DNA of 48,647 bases, the filler included, from Bipalium vagum (taxonomy: Eukaryota), in the NCBI GenBank assembly GCA_037834085.1. It is 2 parts of 2 records of this genome, joined end to end, with 100 filler letters (N's around TTAATTAATTAA, not from the genome) between each part and the next. Parts side by side here need not be neighbours in the genome. Positions count along the whole stretch, not along the records: positions 1 to 28,194 come from JBBMKC010064353.1; 1 more part is not named here. The stretch is one strand, 5' to 3'. The notes beneath the pieces were generated by a model. That model ran no database searches and had not been told where the DNA came from. It saw only the letters and a program-made list of their open reading frames with translations. The first letter of the stretch is position 1; the number at the start of each line of letters is the position of its first letter. Below are positions 1 through 12,886 of the stretch, piece after piece. The translations under genes were made by a program, and so were the position numbers.

Positions 1-326
1 CTGATCTTAATCCCATAGAAAACCTATGGAACATCATTAAAAAAAAGGTTGAAGGAGGAAGTATAACAACTCGTGCTTAGTTGAAAGAGAAAATTAATGA
101 AGTTTGGACAAATTAAATAAACGAAGAACAGTGTCAAAGTTTAGTTAGTTCAATGCCTAATCGGATACAATCTGTTATTAAAAACAAAGGTTATGCTTGT
201 AAATATTAATTGCAGGACCTATTTGTATAATTAATCTTATTTTAAAAATAAATGTTATGAAATATGTACTTGTCTTAATTTTCTTTGTTTTCTATAGGTG
301 TTTCTAAACTTTCCGCGGGTATTGTA
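1..326 (+). mobile_element. Tc1-family DNA transposon 3' end (pseudogenised transposase plus right TIR)
   Basis: 3..209 reads DLNPIENLWNIIKKKV...*...*...LVSSMPNRIQSVIKNKGYACKY* (Tc1 SPDLNPIE motif, two internal stops). TIR-like end ...TAAACTTTCCGCGGGTATTG followed by TA. Confidence 0.88.
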
Positions 327-691
327 TATATTAATTATTCAAAATTATAATAATGATTACAGTACTAATTAAAATATTATTGAAATGAAATTCATTTGAT
401 TAAAAAATTTATGAATAATATATAAGTAGAATAAAATGAAATTCATTTATTTTAAGATTACTTAAGAATTAATAATTTATACATTTATACATAAATCTAA
501 TTAAAAAAAACATCTTTGTAAATTAAAAAGGATATTTTAAAATGTTTCATAAATTATTTCGAAAACTACATATAATTGAAGTTATATTTACAAAAAATTA
601 TTCATATTCTTTTAATCTATTGCAACCATCTAATGTAAATTATTGATTTTTAAAATTGAAAATTTAATGTAATATTTCTTTCATTTTTGTA

Positions 692-1555
692 ATGACTGAA
701 TATGATACTGATGACGAACTTAATTATGATGAAAATGTAAATAGTGATAACCGTTCTTCTGAATGTGAAGGTGTTAATATTTCAATACTAATAAATAGTC
801 TTAATGCCACTCCAGTAAATAATTTTGATGAAATAACGTCTAATATGTGTCATCAACGTCATAAACATAATTATACTTGTTATACTGCAGAAATTTTCGT
901 TAAAGGCATAGGATTTTTGATTAACAAACGTTTAAAGGCCAATTCTCCGATATCTATTCCAATCGACAGAAAGTTCCTTAATATGACGTCTGTCGATGAC
1001 GGATTTCAGGACGATAGTCAGTCGCCTCTGGTGTCATCGGTATGTAGCGATCGAGACCAAGGGGCTTTGTCTGACGCATCCTCGGAGGGATTTTACTGTC
1101 AGGACGGATCGGGTCACAGGTGTACAGAGCAAATTTGTTTACACGTGATTCCATTTCTGAATAGAATGAAAAAAAAATTTCCTCTTCCCAACAATGAGCA
1201 GTGTCCTTCACTGCCAAAATTTAACGACCCGCTGTATAAATCACTACAACAATTGATTCTGTGCTTCGAAGAGAAATTCAATTCTGAATCTTCTGCTTGG
1301 CTGCGATCCAATTCCTTGGACATCAACAACATGGACATCATCAATGCGCGTTCAGAATTGAACAAGATTTTTCAATCGATTTTCAGCGATAAAATCAATT
1401 GGGGCCGAATCGTGGCCATGATTGGTTTTGTTTGCGAAATATCATACTCTGCATTTACAATTCAAAGATTCGATCTGATTGAGGAATACATAACGACAAG
1501 CGTGTCCTTTGTCGATCAGAACCTGTGGACGTGGATTTCTCAGCATGATGGATGG
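692..1555 (+). CDS. Bcl-2 family gene, coding exon 1
   Basis: 288 open codons, locally raised GC from ~983, NWGR motif, ends at TGG|gtaagt (phase 0). Confidence 0.88.
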
Positions 1556-4500
1556 GTAAGTATGTTACAATAATTATTGAGTAGTGATTATTTTCGTGAG
1601 AATTTCTTTTGAACTCATTTAAAATTTGAACTCAGGACAACTCAAAGATAGCGTCCTTTATCATATTTTTTTGATTTAATTCCGATAATATTGAATATTA
1701 AATGTGATTTTCTTTCGAAAAAACATAATGATGTTGCATTTCGGGGATTGAAAAACATGCTTGTAGATTAGACCAGGTTTGCTACTCAACCAAACCACAC
1801 AAAAACATAACCAAACCATTTTGATGTCAGACAGGGAACAAACGGAGTTCCACTCACGCTCTGACTCAGCTGTCGTTGGCTGGAGGGTTTTACCATGACA
1901 CACCTATTGCAGAATGACCAAGAACGCTGAAGCACATTAACTAAACCTTGGTTATTACAATCAACCACCTGTCCTGAAGCTGGTTAGCCATCAACATTAA
2001 CGTCAGGATAGTTGGAGTCGTGTTTCTAGAATGTATAAGGTGATAGTGGTTTGTAAGAATGGTTTTTGAACTATAACAAGTTGATTCTTGTACTTTTATA
2101 ATGAGGATTTCATCATCACCTTGGTTTTTAAGCATTTTTGAAGAAGGCATTTAAGATATATGATAAAATAGTAATTCCTTTGGTGCAAGGTCTTACTAAG
2201 TAGGTGGATGAGACAATGTTTCGTGATCGAGTTCGGTCAATTTTGTGAAGTACAGGAGCCTAATTATGTCGAATTAAACAAATATCTTTTGGATTTAGGG
2301 TTTTTGTCTATTGAGAAAGTAATCTTTTGTAGGTTCGGCAAAAAATTATTGTCATTTCTCTATAAAATTAATGTGAAATTTAATTCTGGCAGACATTGTC
2401 CAGACTCTAATATCCATTAAAAATACATTTTCAAGTCTAAGAATTTGTTTGTGAATAATTTAAAATTAAAGTCAACCTTTATTTGATTTTGATTCGTATT
2501 AATAAATATTTTTATTGATTTTTATATATAACTTACATTGATTTTCTTATTATAAGTTTAATTTTTTTTCAGTTATTACGAATTTAAATTGATTGTAGTT
2601 ATAAATAATTTTTTAATTCTTTTTTTAATTTAAATAATTTTATTTAAAATATTTTTATTTTGATTTAATTTAATTTATTTTTAAAATGTTTTTTGGTTTT
2701 ATATTAGAAATTAAAATTTTTTTTCATAGTGGGAGTTTAAATTAATTCATTTGTAAAAATAAATTAAATTTTAATTAATTTTTAAAATATTTTTATTTAA
2801 AATATTGTTATTCAATTTATTTTTATTTAATTTATTTTTTTAAAATATTTTTTTGGTTTCATATTAGAAATTAAATTTTTTTTTCATAGTTGGAGTTTAA
2901 ATTAATTCATTTGTAAAAAATGTTATTAATGATATAAAATTACTGTTACTGAGCTGGAATGGTAATTTAATGGAAATATTTACTTCTTGATTAACATTTT
3001 GATCATTTAATATTGCGGTCTACGCAGGATGAATGAAAATGTCTAAATTATGAATGTATTTAGTGATTTGGACACGCGCCAAATCAAATTAAAATCATTA
3101 TTTAATCTGAAATAACAACTTTTTGTTTAAATTTATTAATTTATTATGTGTAAAATGGAAAATTTGAAAATTATCTGATTATACAGACTTACACAGAATT
3201 CAGTCATTTATACGTTGAATCTTTGCCAAAAATGTACAATATTGCACTTAAAAAAAGAAACAATTTACAAATGCAGTTAACAATTTAAGGATGTTAAAGG
3301 TGATCATTTGCGAAAAGTCAATCAATAAGAAATTACCAGTGCTTTTATTCTTTAGTAGAAGAAAAGACTGAAATTTCGAAACTGAAGTTACATTTTCATG
3401 GAAAAATCATATCAATCTGTGGTGTTAGAATTTTAGAATTGAGATAGGTTTTTCTCATAAATGATATGTAGTAAATGACAAAATTCACAGAAAGAAGGGT
3501 ATTTGACGCAATTTCGAATCAGTGAATATATATTTTACCTTGAAGATATTTAAAACATATTAGTCGCTGAAGATGAAACTTGAACTTATCAAATCGGTGT
3601 TGAAAGTCTAACTCAAGGTAGAAGATTAGAGTGACAATAAGAATTCTGTTACATATCAAGTGTATTTTATACCTCTAACAGTTAATTGACTTGACAAGGT
3701 TTATTTTTAAAATTTAAATCTAATTTAAAAAATTATAAGAAATGCATATTTTTTTGAAAACTTTTTCTCTTTACCTGAATAAACCTAATTCATGTAAATA
3801 ATTTATATATTTATTTCTTCTTTGGTAAAATAATGAACCAATATCAAAAAGAAAAGTGGTAAGAAATTCGTGAGAAAATATCCACGAAATAAATAAGAAT
3901 TTTTGCTTCCTCTCTCTGTTGCCAATTGAAAATTACGGAATATTATTTGTTTACAAAATCCACTCCACAAATACTAATTTATTTATTTATTAATGAATTA
4001 CAAATTCACGAATAACTTTCCGTTAAGGTTAATTAATTCTTAAATTAGAATTCTTCACATAATATTTTGAAATCCAAAATTTTCTGTAACATTTTACGAA
4101 GCCTGCTTTGCTACGTAAATGGGAATCGCTCAAAAGAAATGATGTTTACTAAAGAAAATTAATTATTTAAATTAAAAAACGTTAATGAAAAAGTAAAAAG
4201 ATTGGATTAAGCAGTCGATTTAAGCGAAATCGCTAATGTTATTCAGATGAAAATTTTGTTTGTTTTTCTTTGCCATTGTAAAAGGTGTTGTCGCTATGTT
4301 TACACGAAATGTATCACTTTCCAATATGTCAATTTCCACGTTTTCACGTTTTTGGTAGAAAATAAAAAAAATTAAATCACAAAAGAATTTAAACAATAAA
4401 CACACTATTATGTTCGATAATTTACTTCTATCAATTGGGTAATTTCATTATTCCATCAGTAAAGAATTCTGTGGATGTCTGCTGAATGTTTTTCCAAATG

Positions 4501-7500
4501 ATTTTCTACATATTCTAAAGACTGGAGCTTTTTGTTATATAAGATATTAATCAAGGAAGGGAAAAATTATAATTTTATGGAACAATATCAGGAGAATATA
4601 TTGTAGGTAACTTAGAACATCACATTCAAATTCTGAAAAATTTTGTAGTAAAACAATGCAACGTGAGGTCAGATTATATAATGATGAAATATCATTCATT
4701 TTCAAAGACCAATTTTCGGACCTTTTTAACCTCTGCTTCCACCATACTCAACGTGGAGAGTATTAGAGATAAAATTTAGAATTATTAAGTGATTAATGAA
4801 GATTTATTGATTTGATTACTTCAATAAATGTGATAGTTAAATGAGGTGAAAGATCAAGCACCGAATAGTAATTTGAAGAAAGTCCGAGGAAAATCCTTGG
4901 ATGTGATACAGAGGGTTAATTTAGAAATCCTGATGCCATATTTGAAAAAAAATTTCTTAATTTTATTCTTTTAAACTTAATTGTTTTAATAGATAAAATT
5001 AATGATGTTTCTCAATTAAAATTTGAAATTATTTTCGATGATGAGGCATAAATATTTTGATATCAAAAAACAAAGAATTTTTAAAAATAATTAAATGTAA
5101 GAAAATGATTGGAAGATTAAAAATTAATTTTAAAATATTAATTAATCTTTTTAATAATAATTATTATCAATTAAAAGTATTTTAAAGTTTTGACTTGAAA
5201 AATTAAATTTTTTAAAAATTGTTCTCCAATTTCAGTAAAGTCAAAGTTCGACGTTTTTTCTCTAATCTCTAATCACACCAGTCTAAAACATTTTTCTGGT
5301 CTGTAGAAATTTGAAAAAAGTAAAGAAAACGGATATTGTTTGCGTTTTGTTTGGCCAAACGTAGAATCGATGTCCGTAAAATCTGAAAGAATTTTCGCAT
5401 AGACAACCGATTTTGAACTTTAGCGAATATTTCTCATTCCGTTTAAACGAAAATTCTTAACTATTCGATGCTTGTCGAGAAGTTCATTTGATATCAGTTG
5501 TTTTTATATCAATTCGTTTGTGAAATAGTATAAACAAGGTTTCTAACCGATCTTCATTGTAACAATGATTAAAATTAGCTTGATTAAATAAACAAAGATT
5601 TATAAAGTAATCAAATAACAATTTTTGTAACTCGGATTTCAATTTGGTGGGGTTTTCAAATTTCTAAAATTATATATTTAGATTAATTATAAAATTATTA
5701 TTTTTTAATAATTATTTATTCAAATATAAAATACGTTTTATCTTTTTTTAATTTTAATAATCACTTTTTCTTTTTTACTTAAATAACGATATTTATTATT
5801 AATTTTATTATGTTCCATATTTTGTGAATCATCTAAAATATAAAATAAAATAGTTTTTGGACTTTCATTTTTATCATAACACTTAAAGTTTTAAAAAAAC
5901 TCAGGTTCTTTTACATTATGTAACAAAAGCTTGTTATTATTCTCTATACTTTTATTTTAGACGATTTTTAAAAATTTTATATTTTTTTTTATTATTAAGC
6001 AAAAATATCATTGGTTTACATTAAAAGTTTTAACGTTTTTTAAAAAAAAATTAAAACGATATTTTTATTTTTTTTTAATATATTTTTCGATTTTAAAGGG
6101 ACCAAAATTTTCAACAATCTTTCAGTGGATTAACAAATGTGAAATGATTAGAGAAATCTTAGTAAGTTTTCTAGAATTTTATAATATAGATCGATCAGAA
6201 AATCTCGAAAAAAAAGAACTCGTCTCGATTTTTGAGTGTATTTGGAACGAAAGAATTCTATTTTTGATTGTTTATATATGGCAGCGTGACAAAGTAGGTC
6301 AGCGACTAAAGAAACAAACAAATATTTTTATATTTATTTCGAAGAGAGATATTTTTTATGATTTTATTATGCAATTTTCAATCTGCAAAAAATTTAAAAT
6401 ATTGATTTTTTGTCACTAAATATCAATTTCTCAAAACGAATATTTTTCTGAAATTATATAGCTATAATTTCATTGAATCCAATAAGCAATTAAAACAAGA
6501 AACGTTTTGGCTAAAAAGGTCAAAAATAAAAAAAATGTTTTCAGTTTTTTTTCTATTTTCAATTAGTTTATGTCAATGAAAATTGTTTTGTACTCTTATC
6601 CATTCTCTGCAATTTGACAACAATACCATGAGATATGATTAAAGTACTTTAAAATACCTGTATTTTGTATAATAATAATTTTTTATTATTTATAATAATA
6701 ATAATTATTATTCGGTAAATCTCTGTACTAATCGCATTCATTGAATATAATTTTTTTTTATTTGTATCTGATTACTTGTTTTAATTCTTTATAAATGATT
6801 TTCCATCCAAAATTTTATAAATATAACTATTTTTTCAATTAAATTTTATCTAAAAATTTTAATATTTCTAAGAACAAACGATATATATATATATGNNNNN
6901 NNNNNNNNNNNNNNNNNNNNNNNNNNNNNNNNNNNNNNNNNNNNNNNNNNNNNNNNNNNNNNNNNNNNNNNNNNNNNNNNNNNNNNNNNNNNNNNNNNNN
7001 NNNNNNNNNNNNNNNNNNNNNNNTTTTACAAAAATATTTTTACTTTGTTTTAAATTAAAATTTTATTTAAATAAATTTATTACTAATATCTAGTGAAAGT
7101 GCCTTTATAGAGTGACATGAAATACTGCTTTGTCGTTTAATATATTATTAATCTTTCCTTTAAGATTAAACAAAATTAAATGAGTGACTTGAATAAATTA
7201 TTTATTTTTTCGGATATTTTTTAAACATTTTTAAACATTTCTGATATTAATGTCAAAAATTAATTGATACTTGTACTTGTGCAATTTTTAGAAGAAAAAT
7301 AAAGTTCTTTCATATTTTCAAAAATATTAATAATATTTGTGATTAATTGTTTATTAGCGTCATTTAAGTAAATAAAGTGATTAAAATAGTTAACCGAAAA
7401 CAAAGTAAAAAGTAGGTTACAATAGAAATCTCTGCTACCAAATATTTTTTTTCTATTTTGAAGTGCTGGAAAAAAGTCAGACGGTTAATGAGGATCAGTA

Positions 7501-10500
7501 CTCACCAAGCGATGAGCACCATTAGTTATTCAAAAATAAATTAAAAAGTCCGCGCAAAAAATAAATTTTCAAATAATAAATTTTAGTCTATTAGAACCAT
7601 TAGTTAACCAAAACTAATAAAAAAACTAAATGTAAAATGTAGTTTTATCATCTATGCCGTGAAGTAAACTAATATATTAAAAATAGTATATTTATTACTG
7701 TGCTTAGTTGTTACAGTTGTTCATGAACAAAATCTAGGATTAATAAGAAAATTGTAGTTAATTTTTGTTATTTTTTACTCTTTACTGAAATGAAATGTTG
7801 ACCAGCATAAATATAGTTCTAGAATAGTGTCAGAATGAAGATCGTCAAGATTTAACTATTTTCTCATGGATTAAAAAGTTGGTCTATGATTACAATGTAC
7901 TTTTCAATTTTCAAACACATGGTTGGTAGATTTCAACAATAAGATCAAAGAAAATCCATCATGCGTTTGATTCTATTTAAATAGAAAATCGCTCGCCATT
8001 ATGTTGAAATTGAAGACAAATATTAGGAGACTTTAGATAAAAGTATTTAACAAATACTGGCTCGATGTTGATCTGTTTTCTTAACATTTATCAGATGAAA
8101 GTTCGGTGCTTATAAAAGACGAATTGAAGTCTTTGATTACGTTTAATGGGTTTATGGGTTGTCATTATCTTTGATGGCTTTCAATGATTTGTGCGCAGTT
8201 TATTTTTCAATTAAATATTTGGCTTAGAAAGACCACAAAAAGTCTTATCATTTCAAAATGGAAAATATGTTATATAAAAAAAACCCTTATATATATTGGT
8301 TAACTGTCAAAAAAAGGAGCTGAACATTTTTCCAACGATTTTCACTTAAAAACCATTCAGCTTGACGAATTTCTGTATTATTTATTTTATGTTTTAGGAA
8401 AATTTTTTACAAACCATAAATGATTTAAAAATACCTTATGAAGCTTTAGAAGAAAAAACATTTATAGAAATGACACCAAAAAAGAAAATAAGGTTATATT
8501 TCCAAAGGTAGTTAAACCTCTGTTTTTTAATAAATTTCTTATGCTTGATTATCTTGTTTAATTAAAAAAATAAATAAAATTGTCGTTTTAATCGATTGAA
8601 AAGGAGTTTTAATCTAATTTATTAAATAACAATATGTCGATAATTTTAAATGATAATTATGTACCAAACCATATGCATACTAATAAAACTTTGTATGGAA
8701 TGGCAACCCTTTATTGATATAAAACTGATAAACTGTTGATCATAAAAACTGTATGTTATGTCATAATAGATTTTGTGCAGTGCTACAAAGAAAATAATTA
8801 CATGTTTCTTCTGTTTATTCGGACATCACAATGATAACTTTAGAGAATCAAAGAATTGTCAATGCTGAACGTTATGAAACAATCTTCCCACCACAGGTGA
8901 TTTCCAAAAAATAGGGAACAATGGAAATCGAAATATTATTCTTCATAATGACAATACCACCTCTCATACGGTCGGTCAAACCATAGATGTTGCAGCGAAT
9001 AAAATGTAAAAATAATGACACATACATCGTATTCACCTAAATTCTCTGTGACTACCTCGTGATCTTTTTCCCGACCTAAAAGTTAATTGCGTTAGTACTT
9101 TTCGCCGTCTGAAGGAGTTATTGCAAAATCCAAATTATTCGAATCTGAAGTATCAAATTCAAAAATGGAAAAATACTTCAAAAACTGATTCGTTTCTGTT
9201 AGTTGAAAATTAATCGGAGAGACCAGGATTCGAACCCGGGACCTTCACATGCGCACGGACTGCTCTGACCGCTGAGCTACATTATAATGAAAGAACTAAA
9301 GTAATATGATGGTTAGAACGCCTTAGTTTAAACTAAATTTACGTATCTTTGATAGTTGAAGAAAAATTTTAAGAACATTGGAATGAACAATACAGCAAAT
9401 AATATAATATAAAATACAAAGTTAGATTTTTCATTGTTTATCAATTCTTTCATTGTGAAAAATCAATATTATATTGCCTTTTCATTAATTATTTTATAAA
9501 AATATTAATTTATATTTAAAAATTAAATTTATTTCAAAATTTAGAACATGCTTTACATATTTCTGTTGGCGTTCATATAAGTTATTTGTTCTTATTTTTT
9601 TGGTGCGTCGTTTTAAATTATTAAAACAACTTAGAAAATATTTATACTTAAAAATTTTTAGAAAATTATTTAAACAATTTTTTTAATTTTCAAAATTATT
9701 ATTTATTATTATTATCCCGAGATTCATTACTTTTTTTCAACAACCGTCAGATTACTCAAGATTTATTAACTTTTCCAGCGAAAATAGAGATTAATTTCAA
9801 CGAAAAATATTTCTTTTTTTTTCTCAATCAATTTTATCAAATTACCATGTGACAGACGATAAGGATCAGATATATTTTTATTTTTCCCCGAAAACTTTTG
9901 ATATAAAAGATATATAAGTATAACTTTAATTATTTCCATTTCAATTTTGGTAATTCTATTGTTAAATTTTGTGTTTATTTATAAATTTTTTATTCTTGGA
10001 TATTTTTATTAAAAAAATATTTTGTTTAAATAAGCATTAATTATAAATGTCAATTGAATTATTGGCAAATATATTTCTTAGGAAATCAACCTTTATAAAC
10101 TGGTGGACCTACTTTGATACATCACAAAAATCCACGAGGAAATGTTTATATTTGATTTATTGAACTTAGATCTGTGTAGTTAAAATTAAAATATTAATTT
10201 ATCAATATTTATAAATAATTATATTAATTGTGAAATAGTTCTTGTTCATAGCAATTTTAAAATTAAATGACATTTTAATTGGTTTCCCTTTTTTCAGTAA
10301 TATAATTAACAAACTATTTTATTTTTAGTTATTATTTTTTTAAGGTTATATTATATTTTTACAGGAATTTTTATTTACATTAAATTATTAAATATATTAA
10401 AACTCTGTAGAGTTTTGACATTTAATTAAAACAATTGTAACAAAAAGTTGCATTTGTTAAAAACTTTAACATTTCCTATAGACCTCTGCAACAGGAAATT

Positions 10501-12855
10501 GATCTTTTGGTTTCTCCACCGTATTCCTCTCTCTGACTAATACTTATTTAGATCGCGTGGAAACAGCTTAGTCTTATAAATTTTGGTTAATTTGTCCTTC
10601 TATCCTATATGAGCATAACATGGATTTCTATTTGAAATGAATGGGAGATAGATTAGCATTTTGGTGAAGAAAGTGCAGAGGATTTAAAGATTTGAAATGA
10701 ATTTTTGAAATAATAAGACATTGCATTACGAGAACAGGTATAGTGAAAGTGAATGCCAGATTAACCCATTTCATTCCATAAGTCCCATTTTGGGATGTCC
10801 CTTTAGAGTGAAATTTACACTTTATTTGAAGATTTTACGAAATATAAATTAATTTAAATCACTGCAGAGACATTAAATTTTAATTGCGCATTGATAGATT
10901 TTTACTTTGCATTTTTTCTTCTAAATTTCATCTCAAAGTTTTTTATGTAACTTATACATAGTCTTAATAGGTCATATATCAACAAATTATACATTAAGTA
11001 AATCAACTTTCTTTGCTCTCTTGAATTCTGGAATGAAATGGGTAAAATGAAAAATTTGTAAAGTATATTAGATGGATAAGACAAAAAGTGAAATAATATT
11101 GTAAGATATTTGAAAAGTCGAGTAGCCTACTGAGCTAAGCTGAGCTAAAGAAGTGTATCTTCGGGAAAATATAGACTATGGGACCATGAAATTGGAATTT
11201 TTGACAAGTCCGTTACCAATTTAATACAATTCGTGATTTATTAACGAAAACAAAGCTGATTCCAGCAATAGTTGCATTATTATTAAGGAAAAATAAATTA
11301 GAAGTTTTATCCATGGTTAATTCAATATTCTTGAATTATGAGAAAAAATAAAAGTAACATTTAATAACGAATATGAGATGTGGTAGGAGAAATTTAACCA
11401 AAACAAAGATAACAGAGTAAAATTATAATTTTTCTGATATTAAAATGTTTTAAAAATGATGTGCACACGTCTCACGCTCATTTAATTGATTAAAAAGTAA
11501 AATGAAATAAAAATTTTCGTGAAATTTCATTTAAGATTTTCGCTAATATTAAGTATATTATGTAAAAGAAAAAGTATAAATGATTTTAAAAGAAATTTAT
11601 GTGGAAAATTTAAACAATTTTTATATTATATATTCAAATTTTACTTGAGACATTTTCTTTTTATGTCTAAATCAATATGATCACAGTTAAAACACCTTTA
11701 TAATCTCAATGTAAATCGTGAATAAAAAATATTAATAAATTAAACTTTTTTTCAAATAATAAGAGGTCTACAAAAATAAAGATGGTACTTGATGGGGTAA
11801 GGGTTATTAAATATAGGAAATTGAGAAATTTTGCAAAATAAAATTCATTTGTCAATATAATCCATTATAGACAAGTTCTAGACAGAGTTTTGGAAAGTAA
11901 AAAATTAAATGATTGTTTTAATAACTGAGTTTTAATATCAATTAATAATAATTCAATATTAATTGTGATTGAAATCAGAATTTTAGTCTGGAACCCAAAA
12001 TTGGCAGTGGTCCTTTTTATTTTAGAATTTAAAATTTATTCTCTTAAATAAGTTTTTTTGAGAGTTATATAAGAGGAATAATAATAATAATAATTTTAAA
12101 AATTAATATTGTCGTTTATTTATAATTTTTTGAATGTAATCAATAACCAATGGGTACCGATAATCATTTTGATTTTGTACTATGAACTCCCACATTACGC
12201 CCACAAAAAAGAGATATTAAGTTATTTTTATTTATCGGAGTTTAATTAATTAATTTATTTCAATGAAACCGAAATAAAATAGTAACTCTATTTTTTTATA
12301 ATTTATAACGATGTCCAAGTGACATTTTAATTTTAATGTAGATAATAGTCACGCCTTAACTGATTAAAATGAAACCCAAAGAAATTCTGAAAACAATTGA
12401 CCTACATTGTTGGAATAGAAATTACACGACATTCCTACCAATCTAATAATAATTTGTTTGAATTAATTGAAAATTAAATATTTTTTACGATATTTATATT
12501 GATTGTTCTTATATATGTATTTCCCACAAAATAATTTTGTTAAGTATTCATTAATTATCAAATAAATTTTAAAATATTACTGTGTGATAGGTGTTTAAGA
12601 GTAGTATCAAAATTTCTCTTTTTTAAATATATTTTTTCGATTCTAAATTAATATTAATTGTTTATATAGATTAATGCTCCTTGGATATTTTTCCTGTTGC
12701 TTTCCTGAAAGACAGCACCCAACCTGTTTTGATTGTCTAGGGAGTGAAATCAAAAAGCACCTTTTTTCTTTTAATGAAAAAAGATAAATATTGATAAAAT
12801 GTATTTTCAAATTTTTTAAAAGCTAAATAAAATATTTTTAAAGGTTAGAAAAAAT

Positions 12856-12886
<31 letters not shown>

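Noticed and set aside
978-1365. Antisense ORFs 978..1217 and 1114..1365
   Set aside because: Shadows of the GC-richer Bcl-2 exon, with no motifs of their own.
1676-2150. Cluster of short minus-strand ORFs in a GC-richer patch
   Set aside because: No recognisable domain or consistent splice structure; adjacent to a mariner remnant, so probably TE debris.
6893-7093. ORF spanning the N run
   Set aside because: Artefact of the assembly gap.
7800-8300. Possible hAT transposase remnant
   Set aside because: Only vague motif traces and no TIR or TSD found.
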